Positions 42,116 through 52,538 of a DNA stretch of 64,000 bases are shown piece after piece (the first letter of the stretch is position 1; each line of letters starts with the position of its first letter). The stretch spans positions 62,001 to 126,000 of the forward strand of contig JAHDYR010000030.1 of assembly GCA_019828565.1 (NCBI GenBank), read 5' to 3'. The DNA comes from Carpediemonas membranifera BICM (taxonomy: Eukaryota; Protista; Fornicata). Position numbers and translations under genes: made by a program. The notes under the pieces are model-generated. The model had not been told where the DNA came from, did no database searches, and saw only the letters and a program-made list of their open reading frames with translations.

Positions 42116-43948
42116 ATGGATGAGCAGTTCCTGAACTTTGTAATCGAGAAAAGAGGGCTCGATGTGCTGTATTCGATAGATCGTGAGACTGTGATGCTCA
42201 GTAGCTTCGTGCGTGGCCGTATTCACGACATCGTCAATGACGAAGGAAGCACGTCCTTCAAAGCCCTCAGTGAGAAACTCAACGTCCTTTCTAGCGACAT
42301 TAAGGCTGTTTGCTATGATATTGCGTCCTCCGACCCCGAGGTGGAGCTTGTTGACGGCACCATATGCTTGACTTCGTTCCCCAACCGTGTCGCATCGACT
42401 GTCGCCGGCCGTATCGAGCAGAACCCTGTGATGCCCATCAACATCGACCAGATCCGCGCGGAGTTCAAGCTGACCTCGACTCAGGCCAGAACTGTGACGG
42501 AGAAGCTGCTCGAAGACGGCCACCACGTGGGACACGACCGCTGGGTGTACCCGGCGCAGTACTACAAGGACGGCATCGCGGCCCTCATAGTAGCCATTGA
42601 GGAGGCCGAGGCTGACCTGTCGATGCAGCCGGCCCCCGTGTCCTTCGCCCTCTCGGCACTGCGGATGTGGCGCGACCCAAAGATCACCGCCCTCGGGGAG
42701 GTCAGAGGCACGCGGTTCCTGCCGTTCAAGTACACTGACCGGCTCAAGAGCGTAGTCCGCGGCACCGTCGACAAGGTCGGGTTCGCGGCCAGGGTGGCAA
42801 TGGGGACGGACGATCTCAAGGCCGCCTGGGACGCCGTAGCTCAGGAGGACGGCGTGATCCGAATGGACGACACGCTTCTCAGCCCCGAGTGCCGGGCTGG
42901 GCTGGTCGAGTCCGTCCACACGGCCCTGAACACTGCCGCCTTCGTGCGGGCAGCCGACGCCGTCCCCCCTGAAATGAACCTGTCATTTGACTCGATCATT
43001 TCCCTGCCGACCGTCCGTGTCGTCGCGGCAGACCCCTGCATGTGCGAGGAGACTGTCTTCGACCACTGGCTGTCCCGTCCCGACATCCGAGAGGCCGTCG
43101 TCGAGGCCCTCAGGAACTTACCGGACGAGTCCCGCCGCAAGGTCAGACTGGCGACGATCACGGCCCGGCTGACGGGCTCCAAGGTCCTGGGGGAGGTCTC
43201 GTCCGTGCTCCACATCCCTAAAGTGCTCGTCGAGGCCCGAGCCAGCGCCATGGCCCTGCAGGTCGACAAGGACCTGACCGCGCTGACCATGGAGGGCGTG
43301 CCTGAGGCCGACGGGGCCGTATTCGACGCCAGCCGAGTCCGGGTAGCCCGGCAGAAGCTGAGGGCCCCTCTGCTGGACACCCTCGCCGACATCTCCATCA
43401 TCGACACTGGCCTCCCCACCGCCGAGGAGGCAGATATGGTCCAGGTCTACCGCATTTACACCAACTCTTGGGGCAGAGTCATCGCCCAGCTCGCCACAGC
43501 AGACGCCCTGCTCACCGAGGCAGCCAGGAAGGAGTCGGAGGCCATGTTTGAGGTCGCACAGACCTTGCTGCCCGGTAACCCCGTCAAGAGCTTCGACGAG
43601 ATCATGGAGATTACTGTGCAGTTTAAGCTGCCTAATCAATTGATTGACGACCTTAAGCGGGCCCGGGGTCCACTTCTCCCTGTGCTCACCGCGGCGGCCC
43701 CAGCCCTGGTGACCAAGGACGTCCCGATGTCGAACAAGGCCCGCAAGGCCCGGGTGGGCGCCCGTCTCAAGTCCAGCCGGCCCACAGAGGGCAAGGTCGC
43801 CAAGGTCCACCCGCACCTTTCAGCGCTGTCCGGTAAGAATGGGATGGCGCTGACAGCCGCCCCCGTGTCCCCGGTGGAGCTGCCGGCCTGGGTGGAGGAC
43901 GACCTGGACATATTGGATGATGTGGCCAAGCGGTACTCGTATAAGTAA
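42116..43948 (+). CDS. UFL1-like E3 UFM1 ligase (divergent)
   Basis: N-terminus LDVLYSIDRE..LSEKLNV..VELVDG resembles the UFL1 winged-helix region. Confidence 0.55.
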   Translation: MDEQFLNFVIEKRGLDVLYSIDRETVMLSSFVRGRIHDIVNDEGSTSFKALSEKLNVLSSDIKAVCYDIASSDPEVELVDGTICLTSFPNRVASTVAGRIEQNPVMPINIDQIRAEFKLTSTQARTVTEKLLEDGHHVGHDRWVYPAQYYKDGIAALIVAIEEAEADLSMQPAPVSFALSALRMWRDPKITALGEVRGTRFLPFKYTDRLKSVVRGTVDKVGFAARVAMGTDDLKAAWDAVAQEDGVIRMDDTLLSPECRAGLVESVHTALNTAAFVRAADAVPPEMNLSFDSIISLPTVRVVAADPCMCEETVFDHWLSRPDIREAVVEALRNLPDESRRKVRLATITARLTGSKVLGEVSSVLHIPKVLVEARASAMALQVDKDLTALTMEGVPEADGAVFDASRVRVARQKLRAPLLDTLADISIIDTGLPTAEEADMVQVYRIYTNSWGRVIAQLATADALLTEAARKESEAMFEVAQTLLPGNPVKSFDEIMEITVQFKLPNQLIDDLKRARGPLLPVLTAAAPALVTKDVPMSNKARKARVGARLKSSRPTEGKVAKVHPHLSALSGKNGMALTAAPVSPVELPAWVEDDLDILDDVAKRYSYK

Positions 43949-44067
43949 ATCCTCTCATGCGCTGATATTGCATTTATTGCTGCTCAGGCCGACCCAATTA
44001 GGCACAATCGGTGATTCTCATTGCACTTTTTTTTTCATGCGCGCAGGATAAGCGAGAGAACACGAGA

Positions 44068-44312
44068 ATGGCTTCTCAGCGCGCTGCTTTCCGTAACACC
44101 GTTGTTCGTGAGATCGTCGGTTTCGCTCCCTACGAGCGCCGTGCCCTTGAGGCTCTTAAGATTGGCAAGGACAAGCGTGCCCTCAAGTTCCTTAAGAAGC
44201 GTGTATGTACTGCCCCATATGACCTTTAATTACATAGCTTGGCACCCACTCCCGCGCCAAGGCAAAGCGTGAAGAGCTCTCCAAGGTTCTCATGCACCAG
44301 CGCGCTCATTAA
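44068..44312 (+). CDS. RPL36: 60S ribosomal protein L36 (eL36), 2 exons
   Basis: [25 protein letters not shown], then a 35-nt GTATGT..TAG intron (44203-44237), then [14 protein letters not shown]. Confidence 0.93.
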
Positions 44313-44609
44313 GATGTCTAAATGATCGTTTCGCTGAGTTGTACTCAGTTTGCCATTTCTATCGTGTATATCTTGCTTTGCTCTGGCATGCTTGCTCAGT
44401 AGTCTATCAACATCTGAAATCCTGCTTTTCGGCGGTAGTTTTTACCCGACCAGCAGTATTCGATTGACCTGGCAAAGCAGACCTTACCGAGCATTGGAAG
44501 AAACTGCCATCATCTCCCGCGGGTTCTGCCTTGCTGTCCTGCATGCCTGTGTTCCCACATTCGTCAAGCTGACTATCGGTGGTCATTTCTGGCATTTCAA
44601 AAGACGACG

Positions 44610-47600
44610 ATGACCGAGAGGCCCAAACAAGAGCCAACGACGGCTCCATCGGCAAGAGTTACAGCTCTTGCTGCAGACATTCGATTCGAGCGCACAATTC
44701 AGATGATGCGAGAGAATCGAACCCAGCGGATGCGCGAACAGGCCGCAAAGGAACAAAACAGCGACGTACAGGAATTCGAGAACACTCTGCGGCGTCTTGC
44801 AGGCCGTAAGATGCAGGAACCTGTAGACGAGGACAATCTTGAGGAAACGGCCCGTCAGACGAACGCCTTCCTTCGCCGCATTGGCTCCAAGCGCCGTGAG
44901 AACGCCAAGGCGAAGAAGGAGCGAGAGATTCGCCGCCGTGAGGTGCAGCAGAGGCAGCAGTCAGTCATAGCCGACCTGGAGAAGCGCCGCATGGACAACA
45001 AGGCCCTGCAGGCGATGCTCATGCAGTCCCAACTCGAACGGACCCGCACCGCTACATTGCTCGAGGCTGAGAGGGCCAAGGGCGTCGCCATCTCTGAGCG
45101 GGAGGAGGCCCACGCCAAGTTCCTTGTCGAACGGGAACAGGAGTTTGCTGCCGAGCTCGCACGTCTGTCCGAGGAGTGCCGCATGGAGTCCCTCGACCCG
45201 CGCCCCATCGTAACCGACGACGCCGAGCCCGCCCCACTGGAGGATGTCGTGGGGGAGGAGGAGAGTCTTGCCGACGGTGAGAGGCCCCTCGACCCCGGCC
45301 TCGCCCTGCTCCACTTTGGGGGTGTGTCCGTGAGCATGGTGGCCTCGCTGCAGGCAGAGCTCGACGGGCTGAGGACCCCGACCCATCCAATCGCCCAGAC
45401 GGACCCGACTGTCTTTATCAAGGCAGCGCTGGTCGGCGGGCCATGCTCTGGCAAGCACACCGTTGGCCACATGGTCGGGGAGATGCTCGGTCTGGTCGTG
45501 GTTGATTCCGACTTCATCGCAAGAGCAGCCAAGGGCGACTCCGCCCTGCTTGAGCAGTACCCCGCCATCAAGGCCATCCCAATGTCCGCCGATAAGGACG
45601 CCGCACAGGCCCTGGCCGCCGCCAAGGCTGCATTGAAAACCGGAATAGACAAGGACACGCAGTTTAAGGTTGCCGCGGGGATATTACGAGCCCTGGCGAC
45701 GGACTTCGACGAGGCCGTGAATAACTATGATTCGATGGACGCGAGGCCCAATGGTGTGCTGCTCGTCGGGCTCCCGGCCACTGCTACTGACGCCAACGTC
45801 GAACAACTGGGTCTTGGCCCCAAGAGCAAGATCGCTCCGCCCAAGGAGACGTCCCAGCCACCGTCCAGGACATCAGGCCGCTCACGCCCCTCCTCCCGTG
45901 GATCCCGGGCGTCTATGCACCGCAAGAACTCGTCTAAGAACCTGACGCAGGTGGAGGTGCCTCCCACAGTGCTCCCCCTCGTCGACGTCATCGTCTCACT
46001 GACTCTGCCCCTCGCTGAGACCGTGGCCCGCGGCGCCGACAAGCTGGTATCCCCTGACGGTCGGCACTGGCACGCGACACTGCTTCCACCCCCGGCTGGG
46101 GTTGAATGCGAAGCCCTGCCCGACGCCGCTGACGTCGGTGAGGCCCACGGTGCATGGACCGCGGTGCACGCCAAGCTGGTGGATGAGGCGCACTCCCAGG
46201 GCCTCGGGGCGGACATTGTCGTCCCAGTACCCGCCTCAGATGCACCGGCCGTCCTTGCGGCCATCACCGCCGACCTGGCCGTCCGCCACAGCGCTCACAG
46301 GTCCGCAGTGGTCAACGGCAGAGCAGCCGCCGAGTCGGCCGCGGACACCCTTGAGGTCAGGTCGACCCGCTCGGCCCAGTTCCCGGCCATCATCGGGTCG
46401 CTGGGCGACGGTGGCATCGGTACAGCCCTAAAGTGCACCGAGGTCACTCCTGTGATGAAGGACTGGATGCAGGCTGATGGTGAATATCTGAGTCAGTTCA
46501 AGAGGGTGATGGTGGCCAGCAGAGACACTGTATCTAAGATTGAGTCGTATCTCGAGACAATCTATGATTCATTCGTCCAGACGCTTGTCAGACCCGACCC
46601 GTCGTCAGACATCGTGTCCTCGTCGTGGCAGACTATGATCTCCTTTATTAACTCCGGTCGGCAGGAAGAGGAGATCGTCTCAGCCGTCCGAGCAGCCCTG
46701 GTTGATGTCCGCGACACACTCTGGGCAGTTGCCGACACCCGACGCCGTGAGTCCGAGCTGCTATGGGCCAAGCTGGTCGACCAGGCCCGGATCACGGACC
46801 CGACCAAGAGCTCGCTCGTCGACACGGCCCGGGCGATTATTGAGGAGGGTCTGCCCGCCTACCCCGTCCCCGACCAGACCGTCATCAGCGGGGCCCTGGA
46901 CGCCATGGCCGAGAGCTGGGGTGAGTCCCCTGTGGCCTGGCTCCACCGTCACTGTCTGGCTGTTGCCGACGCCCAGTTCGCCATCGCCCAGGTCCATGCG
47001 GCCCGCATGGCTCGTATGGTCGACCTACTCGCCGCCGCAGTCGGGCTGGGCGGCGTCCATGGCCTGACCCCCTGCACTGTCCCTGACGCCCGCCCGCCGT
47101 CAGAGCAGGACGCCGCCTCCCCCGCCGAGGCGCTGGAGGCAGCCATGACCCAGATCGCCCAGATCGCCGACTCCGTGATTGTGGAGGGTGAGGAGGCCGT
47201 CCACGAGGAGCTGAGGTCTGTTGCGGGGGCGCTGACCCACGGGTTCGCGGCCATGGTCGAGTCGGCCAAGCAGGAGGGCCTCGAGGCCATCCAGGCGGCG
47301 TTCGACTCTGCCTCTGACTTGTTCAGTCTGATCGATGGGGAGATTGTGCGGCTCTACCGCCAGTCGGTAGACTACGGCCGCGACCTCTTCACACGGGCTG
47401 AGGGCGAGTTCGTCTCTACGGCCATGCTCACAGCCGTCCCCCCACCCCCTGAGGCCGAGGTGACCGCCGCATGTCCGGCTGTGACAATACCCCGCCCCGC
47501 CGTGCCCCAGCCCGACCCCCTGCCCCACCTGCTCACAGTCGACCAGGCCACCGCACTCGCCCAGGCCTGCCGCACCGCCGCCAATGGATCACCCATCATT

Positions 47601-48296
47601 GCGGCGGACAAGTTCCACGCCGTGATGGAGGCGCAGTGGGAGTCCGGCACGCTGCCCCGGCCGTGGGCCCTACACGGCTGGGACGAAGCTGTGGGGTCGC
47701 CCATGGTCCACTGGGGTCGGTTCATCGTCGGACAAATGCTCCCGCTCATGTTGGAAGAGGACGAACTCGAGGCATTCGTGGCCACTGTGCAGGGCCTTGC
47801 TGGCCGTGACGTCACCCTGTCTGAATGGGACGGCATGCCCGGCCCCTTCCTGTCAGACACCCGACCCGAGTTGGTCATGGCCGAGTGCGAGCCGGAGACG
47901 TGGACGGCTGGGGACATCAAGAGCAGGATAGTGCTGGCATGGCGGCTGCAGTCATTCAATGTACCATTCAAAAGAGTACTGTTCGACCTGTTCGCCAGCG
48001 AGGAGGGAACATCCCAGGCGTTGCTGTACTCCCTCTGCGCACACACAGACCCTGTCGTCGCCAAAGAACGCGGGCATAAGTTGGCGGAGGCTGAGATCGC
48101 TCACAGGCTCAGTGAGCAGGCCGAGGAGGGCGCTGAGGCGGAGGAGGTGACGGTGGAGATGCTTGACGCCGAGTTGTCTGCCCCCGCTGAGGCTGGGGGC
48201 GTCGAGAGCCTCGTCATCCATCCTGTCGGGCTTCGGGATGAGGTTCTCGCCAGGTTCCCCCGGCCACCCAGCAGGCAGTCGGCCTCCACTCTCTGA
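44610..48296 (+). CDS. SPEF2/CPC1-like flagellar protein (coiled coil plus adenylate-kinase-like P-loop)
   Basis: ALVGGPCSGKHT, GVLLVGLP, lid-like SPDGRHWHATLLPPP. Confidence 0.6.
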   Translation: MTERPKQEPTTAPSARVTALAADIRFERTIQMMRENRTQRMREQAAKEQNSDVQEFENTLRRLAGRKMQEPVDEDNLEETARQTNAFLRRIGSKRRENAKAKKEREIRRREVQQRQQSVIADLEKRRMDNKALQAMLMQSQLERTRTATLLEAERAKGVAISEREEAHAKFLVEREQEFAAELARLSEECRMESLDPRPIVTDDAEPAPLEDVVGEEESLADGERPLDPGLALLHFGGVSVSMVASLQAELDGLRTPTHPIAQTDPTVFIKAALVGGPCSGKHTVGHMVGEMLGLVVVDSDFIARAAKGDSALLEQYPAIKAIPMSADKDAAQALAAAKAALKTGIDKDTQFKVAAGILRALATDFDEAVNNYDSMDARPNGVLLVGLPATATDANVEQLGLGPKSKIAPPKETSQPPSRTSGRSRPSSRGSRASMHRKNSSKNLTQVEVPPTVLPLVDVIVSLTLPLAETVARGADKLVSPDGRHWHATLLPPPAGVECEALPDAADVGEAHGAWTAVHAKLVDEAHSQGLGADIVVPVPASDAPAVLAAITADLAVRHSAHRSAVVNGRAAAESAADTLEVRSTRSAQFPAIIGSLGDGGIGTALKCTEVTPVMKDWMQADGEYLSQFKRVMVASRDTVSKIESYLETIYDSFVQTLVRPDPSSDIVSSSWQTMISFINSGRQEEEIVSAVRAALVDVRDTLWAVADTRRRESELLWAKLVDQARITDPTKSSLVDTARAIIEEGLPAYPVPDQTVISGALDAMAESWGESPVAWLHRHCLAVADAQFAIAQVHAARMARMVDLLAAAVGLGGVHGLTPCTVPDARPPSEQDAASPAEALEAAMTQIAQIADSVIVEGEEAVHEELRSVAGALTHGFAAMVESAKQEGLEAIQAAFDSASDLFSLIDGEIVRLYRQSVDYGRDLFTRAEGEFVSTAMLTAVPPPPEAEVTAACPAVTIPRPAVPQPDPLPHLLTVDQATALAQACRTAANGSPIIAADKFHAVMEAQWESGTLPRPWALHGWDEAVGSPMVHWGRFIVGQMLPLMLEEDELEAFVATVQGLAGRDVTLSEWDGMPGPFLSDTRPELVMAECEPETWTAGDIKSRIVLAWRLQSFNVPFKRVLFDLFASEEGTSQALLYSLCAHTDPVVAKERGHKLAEAEIAHRLSEQAEEGAEAEEVTVEMLDAELSAPAEAGGVESLVIHPVGLRDEVLARFPRPPSRQSASTL

Positions 48297-48310
48297 TGTA
48301 AATAGTACTT

Positions 48311-48480
48311 ATGGTATCCATGGGAAGCTGTATCACTGTGCTGCGCAGGATTAGAATTGTTGAGTCCAAAACACACAGTGATCCAAGCAGCATCAGGATC
48401 GCAGTGTGGTTCATCATACTCTATCAATCGTGCGCAGCATATCTCGCGCGCTGCAGCGCGTGCTTGCTCAACTTAGCAAG
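48311..48480 (-). ncRNA. Putative omegaRNA scaffold of element B
   Basis: Hairpin cttgct/agcaag, long stem tgctgcgca/tgcgcagca enclosing cacac..gatcc/ggatc..gtgtg, terminal atgg-ata-ccat. Confidence 0.6.
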
Positions 48481-50164
48481 TTAATGATAGCGAGGAAGAG
48501 CACCTCTCCGGGAGTCGTAGTGGAAAGGAGATTGCTCTATCTGATCTGAAGTTGCATCGAAGGTGCACCAAAGGATGTTCTCGCTGGCGCTCTTATCTCG
48601 GTGAGAGAGATTGAGAAGTATGTCTCTCTGCTCGGGATGCCGACGAAGCCGTTCAACGCGCCATGGAGCTCCCTCGCACGCGGGATTCTGGCAGAGCATG
48701 GTGCGGTGTGTGTGCACCACGCGTCTGAAGTGTGCTTTGCAGTATGGGCACACGATGGAAGTGCGGAATTCGGAGACCATCATGACACTCACGACGACGT
48801 TGTGCCGGAGCATGATGCCAGGGAGAGCTCGAGCAAAGTGGCGGTACGGTGCACAGGAGGGAGTGCCGGCGGAACCGAACAGTGCAGCCCCATACACGAC
48901 TGCTGCGCTCATATTCACGCGGAAAGAGGGGGTGGCAGTGTAGCCACACTTAGCGAGTACGCCAGATACACTCTGCCTGTCTGGGCGGCGGATCGTGTAG
49001 CCGCCCAGCGACCGAGCACCAGGGTCGAAGCCCATGAGAGCTTGAATGTCCGGGGCAGGAGTAGCCTCGGCGTCATCCTGACCGAGCCGAGCCCGCTTGT
49101 TGCTGCTACCCTTTTTGTACGTGGGCCGGTCAGCCACCCGACCGCCACGGTATTTCTCGCGACCCACCCAAACCGTCACAGCAACAGAGACCCCGTCAGT
49201 CTTCACAGAGAGCACTCTGCGGAGCTTGGTGATGTCGCCGTGATCACGCTCGTATCTATCAACCTGCTCAGTGGTCTAGTTCTTAGTTGCTGACCAATTC
49301 ACGTGCACACGGAGGCGCCTCTTCATCGCTGGGGTGAGCGCTGTTACTCCGCGCTCGATGGTTATGAACCCAGGCCTGACCGGTGCCATCGGCACGAACG
49401 GAACGAGCTTCGGCTCTGGCAGGGCCTGACTGAGCTCGAGGTTCACGGCACGAGTGAGTGTGACCAGCTTGGTCACTGCAGCACTCATGCGCGTGACGCA
49501 CGACAGCACGCCGACGAGGGCCTCGGCCACGGTACCAGTGCGACCCACCCGCTGCTCCTCGGGCAATGCATGCATTTGTCGATGATGCATGTCATGATCG
49601 GCGGATATTGCGGCAACCTCAGTGTCGAGCTCGCCTAGGGTGTCGAGAAAATCCTGTCGAACACCCTCATCATGGAGGAGCGGACGCACCCGGTCTAATC
49701 CAGCACGAAGACGGGTCAGGTACCCGGGTGACGCGCGCGAGAGCCAGACCCGGGTGGCTGTGGAGTACTCGCCCAACCAGCTCTGAAATGGCGCTGCAAT
49801 TCCAACGTAGGCTTCCTTGAAGTCCCGGACGAGTGGGGTTATGTCAGGGTCCCTCCACATCGCCAGGTCGCCAATCCACCTGCACCGATCCGCTGCCTTT
49901 GCCTTGGACTTTTCCCTTGGCAATGCTGACGATCTGCGCGAGGACCTCCTGGTCGAACAGGTTGGCCGTCCTCGGTGGGGTCAACGCGTGCGCAGATGCA
50001 GAGACGCACGCAAGCAGGCAAGTGAATGTGTACTTAGCCTGCGTGAAAGAACGCATGCCGGGTTCAAGATTTCCTCGCCGCGGCGCGTTGTTATCGCCTC
50101 CGCCGTTAATCTCGCCAATGGCCTTGTTAACGGAAACCTTCACCGTGTATATCTTGGAAGGCAT
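48481..50164 (-). pseudogene. Fanzor1-like gene with a +1 frameshift (~49915), in-frame TAG (49276-49278) and ~74-aa deletion
   Basis: MPSKIYTVKVSVNK, SVKTDGVSV, GFDPG, VSEFRTSIVCPYC, CQNPAC, HRDKSASENI. Confidence 0.85.
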
Positions 50165-50897
50165 CGGAGTCTATTGAGCTGCCTGCATCGATCATTTCTT
50201 TTCAGGGTTCATCAGCCTGCAGCATCCCTCAAAACACAAGAAACCAGCATCATACAACACAAAGCGTCTTTACTACCAGCTACAACCGCTTTCCATCACT
50301 AGTGTCTCTCACAACAGACGAAGATGACGAAGACGACGACGACATGAGCTTCAGACGCCGGCAATGGACGACAGATGAGCGCGTAACAGACGAGCACAGA
50401 CGCGAAAGAAGACAGCAGCGTTCGACACAGACGATGGACGACGCATCTTTTCGTGCAGACCGACGACTGAAAGCACGACAGACCGATGGCACAGACGAGG
50501 GCTGAAGTGGGTGAGTGGAGGTAGTGTGCCGCGCAGGATAAGAATACTTGAGTGTAAATTCTTCTGGTGTACGACAGGTGGGCCGTCAGACTGAACCTGT
50601 TCAGTCCTCTGGAGTTCATCCCAGGGGGGTCGACAGCTTAAGTCACCTTTACATGAATCCTCCACATAAACCCATAAACCTGTAAATACCACAGACGAAA
50701 AGCCTTAACCTGCTCGTTTCTGAAAAACTCAACGCAACATGCCTGGATATCCGCATACGCCTCGCCTGCCAGAAAGGAAGAAGCAGCATCCATTTTTAGT
50801 ACGCTCCTCTCGTTCATACATCGTCCCGCCTTCTAGCAATCCTTACCACAATCACTTAACCTTAACCTGCGAAAATTGGGGACATTTTGGTCACGCG

Positions 50898-51479
50898 ATG
50901 AACAATACGACGGCTGCGCGCTTCCAGTCGATGTCTGTGTTCATGACAAAGTTTAAACGGGTGCAACAGAACCTGTTTGCTCTCCAGCAGGAGAATCAGC
51001 GGCTCCGTGCAAAGATGAAAGCCACTGTCGCGGAAACTGGGCAATGCCGCAAAGAAGTCCAGGAGAAACAGCGTCTTGAGGCTGAAATGGAGATACACTA
51101 TGCCCAGGCTCAGAGTACGCAGGACCGGCAGCAGATCCGCGCCCAGGACCTCGAAACCCGTCTGAAGCAGCTGAGAGAGCACCGCAAGGACCTAATCAAG
51201 TGCTCACGGCAGCAAAAAGAGCAGTGCGACTCTGCCAAGATGGTCTTGGCCAAGTTCCAACAGCTGTTCACGGAGACGGAAGCTGAGGCAATCAGCACGA
51301 CCGAGCGGCTCGAGAGCCTGGCAAAGGACAAGATCAGGCTCGAGCGGGCACTCCAGCAGCGCCACACGGATATCACCATGCTGGAGCGCCGTAACGCCTC
51401 AGCGAGTGACTCACTGAAACAAATGACGGCACTGCTTGTCGATGGTGCGAGCCGGCCCGAGACCCGGACCAGTGGATGA
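50898..51479 (+). CDS. Coiled-coil protein; element ATG at 50739 is in frame upstream
   Basis: Heptad-rich ORF. Confidence 0.65.
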   Translation: MNNTTAARFQSMSVFMTKFKRVQQNLFALQQENQRLRAKMKATVAETGQCRKEVQEKQRLEAEMEIHYAQAQSTQDRQQIRAQDLETRLKQLREHRKDLIKCSRQQKEQCDSAKMVLAKFQQLFTETEAEAISTTERLESLAKDKIRLERALQQRHTDITMLERRNASASDSLKQMTALLVDGASRPETRTSG

Positions 51480-52387
51480 CGGTACGCCGGGCACTAGCGG
51501 AGTTTTTAAACACGCCGGCATGCACGGCAGACCAAGATCATATCTCAATATTGAGGATTGGAAATGATGGCGTCGACTCGGCGAGTCGTCTTCTCACCAA
51601 GCTCGACGCCACTTCGGCGGCACACGCATTCTACAAGCAAGCACACAAGCGAATGGAATTAGTACCTCATGGTATGCCTCAGCTTATTTCTCCTTTCTCT
51701 CCAACTACTTCCAGCCAGGAGGACGGGGACCAATCGTTCATAACACCTGGCAGGGCACGTTCATCCTCCATCAGCGCCACCATTGATATTATCCCACAGC
51801 TGCAATTACATGACGAAGCTGCTTCTCCCGCTACCTCGAATGACCCGGCCAACTCCATCCCGTGCCCGTGCTACGCCACGACACTCGCCCCCACGGTCAT
51901 GTCTAGCACCCCGAAGCAGGCCTTCGTCATGCCTACACTGCCCCCGCCCGAAATCCAGCACACCCAGGCGCTGGACGCCGAGCGGCAACTGGCCCAGAAG
52001 AAGCTGACGTCGTCGCACAAGCTCATGACGAAGGCGGAGTTCCAGCGGACGCAAGAGGCACAGTACAAGCCAAGCGCCAGGAACAGAGGGAAACCTGGTC
52101 GCCGTCGTCTAATCTGGACACCCGAGCTCCATGAGAGGTTTGTCGACAGTCTGGGGCAGCTGGGGATCAGGAGCGCAGTGCCCAAGAGCATACTGCAGCT
52201 GCTGAACGTCGAGGGCATCACCCGCGAGAGCATTGCCAGTCGGCTCCAGAAGACACGTCAGTACGTGCGATCCGCCAACAATCTGCCGGACGGCGTGGCT
52301 CTCGAGAACTACCATCTGACTCCGACGCTTCTAGAGCAGGTTCGCAAGGCTGATTTTGGCGCCAAGGCCAGGGCCGGTGTCTTTTAA
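51476..52387 (+). CDS. GARP/G2-like MYB (SHAQKYF-class) transcription factor
   Basis: RRLIWTPELHERFVDSLGQLG...PKSILQLLNVEGITRESIASRLQK; start uncertain. Confidence 0.88.
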   Translation: MTVRRALAEFLNTPACTADQDHISILRIGNDGVDSASRLLTKLDATSAAHAFYKQAHKRMELVPHGMPQLISPFSPTTSSQEDGDQSFITPGRARSSSISATIDIIPQLQLHDEAASPATSNDPANSIPCPCYATTLAPTVMSSTPKQAFVMPTLPPPEIQHTQALDAERQLAQKKLTSSHKLMTKAEFQRTQEAQYKPSARNRGKPGRRRLIWTPELHERFVDSLGQLGIRSAVPKSILQLLNVEGITRESIASRLQKTRQYVRSANNLPDGVALENYHLTPTLLEQVRKADFGAKARAGVF

Positions 52388-52538
52388 TCCGCCATGCCAA
52401 TCTCCGTTTCAACTTATCGTAAATTATCTACACGATGCTGGGTTGATAATGCCACTGATCTTGCACTCAACCTGCAGTGCGAGCTCAGCAAACGCTGTGT
52501 CAAAGGTGCGCGTCCAGAAGTGTGTTTCAAGAAGAAGG

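Larger units (their letters stand above)
48302..50841 (-). mobile_element. Non-autonomous Fanzor1-like element B
   Basis: 50282-50841 is the reverse complement of 11308-11867; contains a disrupted Fanzor gene. Right end at 48311 or 48302. Confidence 0.82.

Noticed and set aside
49276-49278. TAG read as Gln (hexamitid-type genetic code)
   Set aside because: RPS15 ends in TAG, and RPL24, RPL36 and RPL39 end in TAA, at their conserved C-termini.
49905-49925. Programmed -1 frameshift at G GGA AAA in Fanzor B
   Set aside because: The continuing frame is +1, and the -1 frame stops at 49839. A 1-nt indel or sequencing error is simpler.
11308-50841. A single 39.5-kb giant transposon bounded by 560-bp TIRs
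   Set aside because: No target duplication (..tttgcaa vs cttacc..), the interior is housekeeping genes, and each repeat belongs to its own Fanzor unit. The pair could still mediate an inversion.
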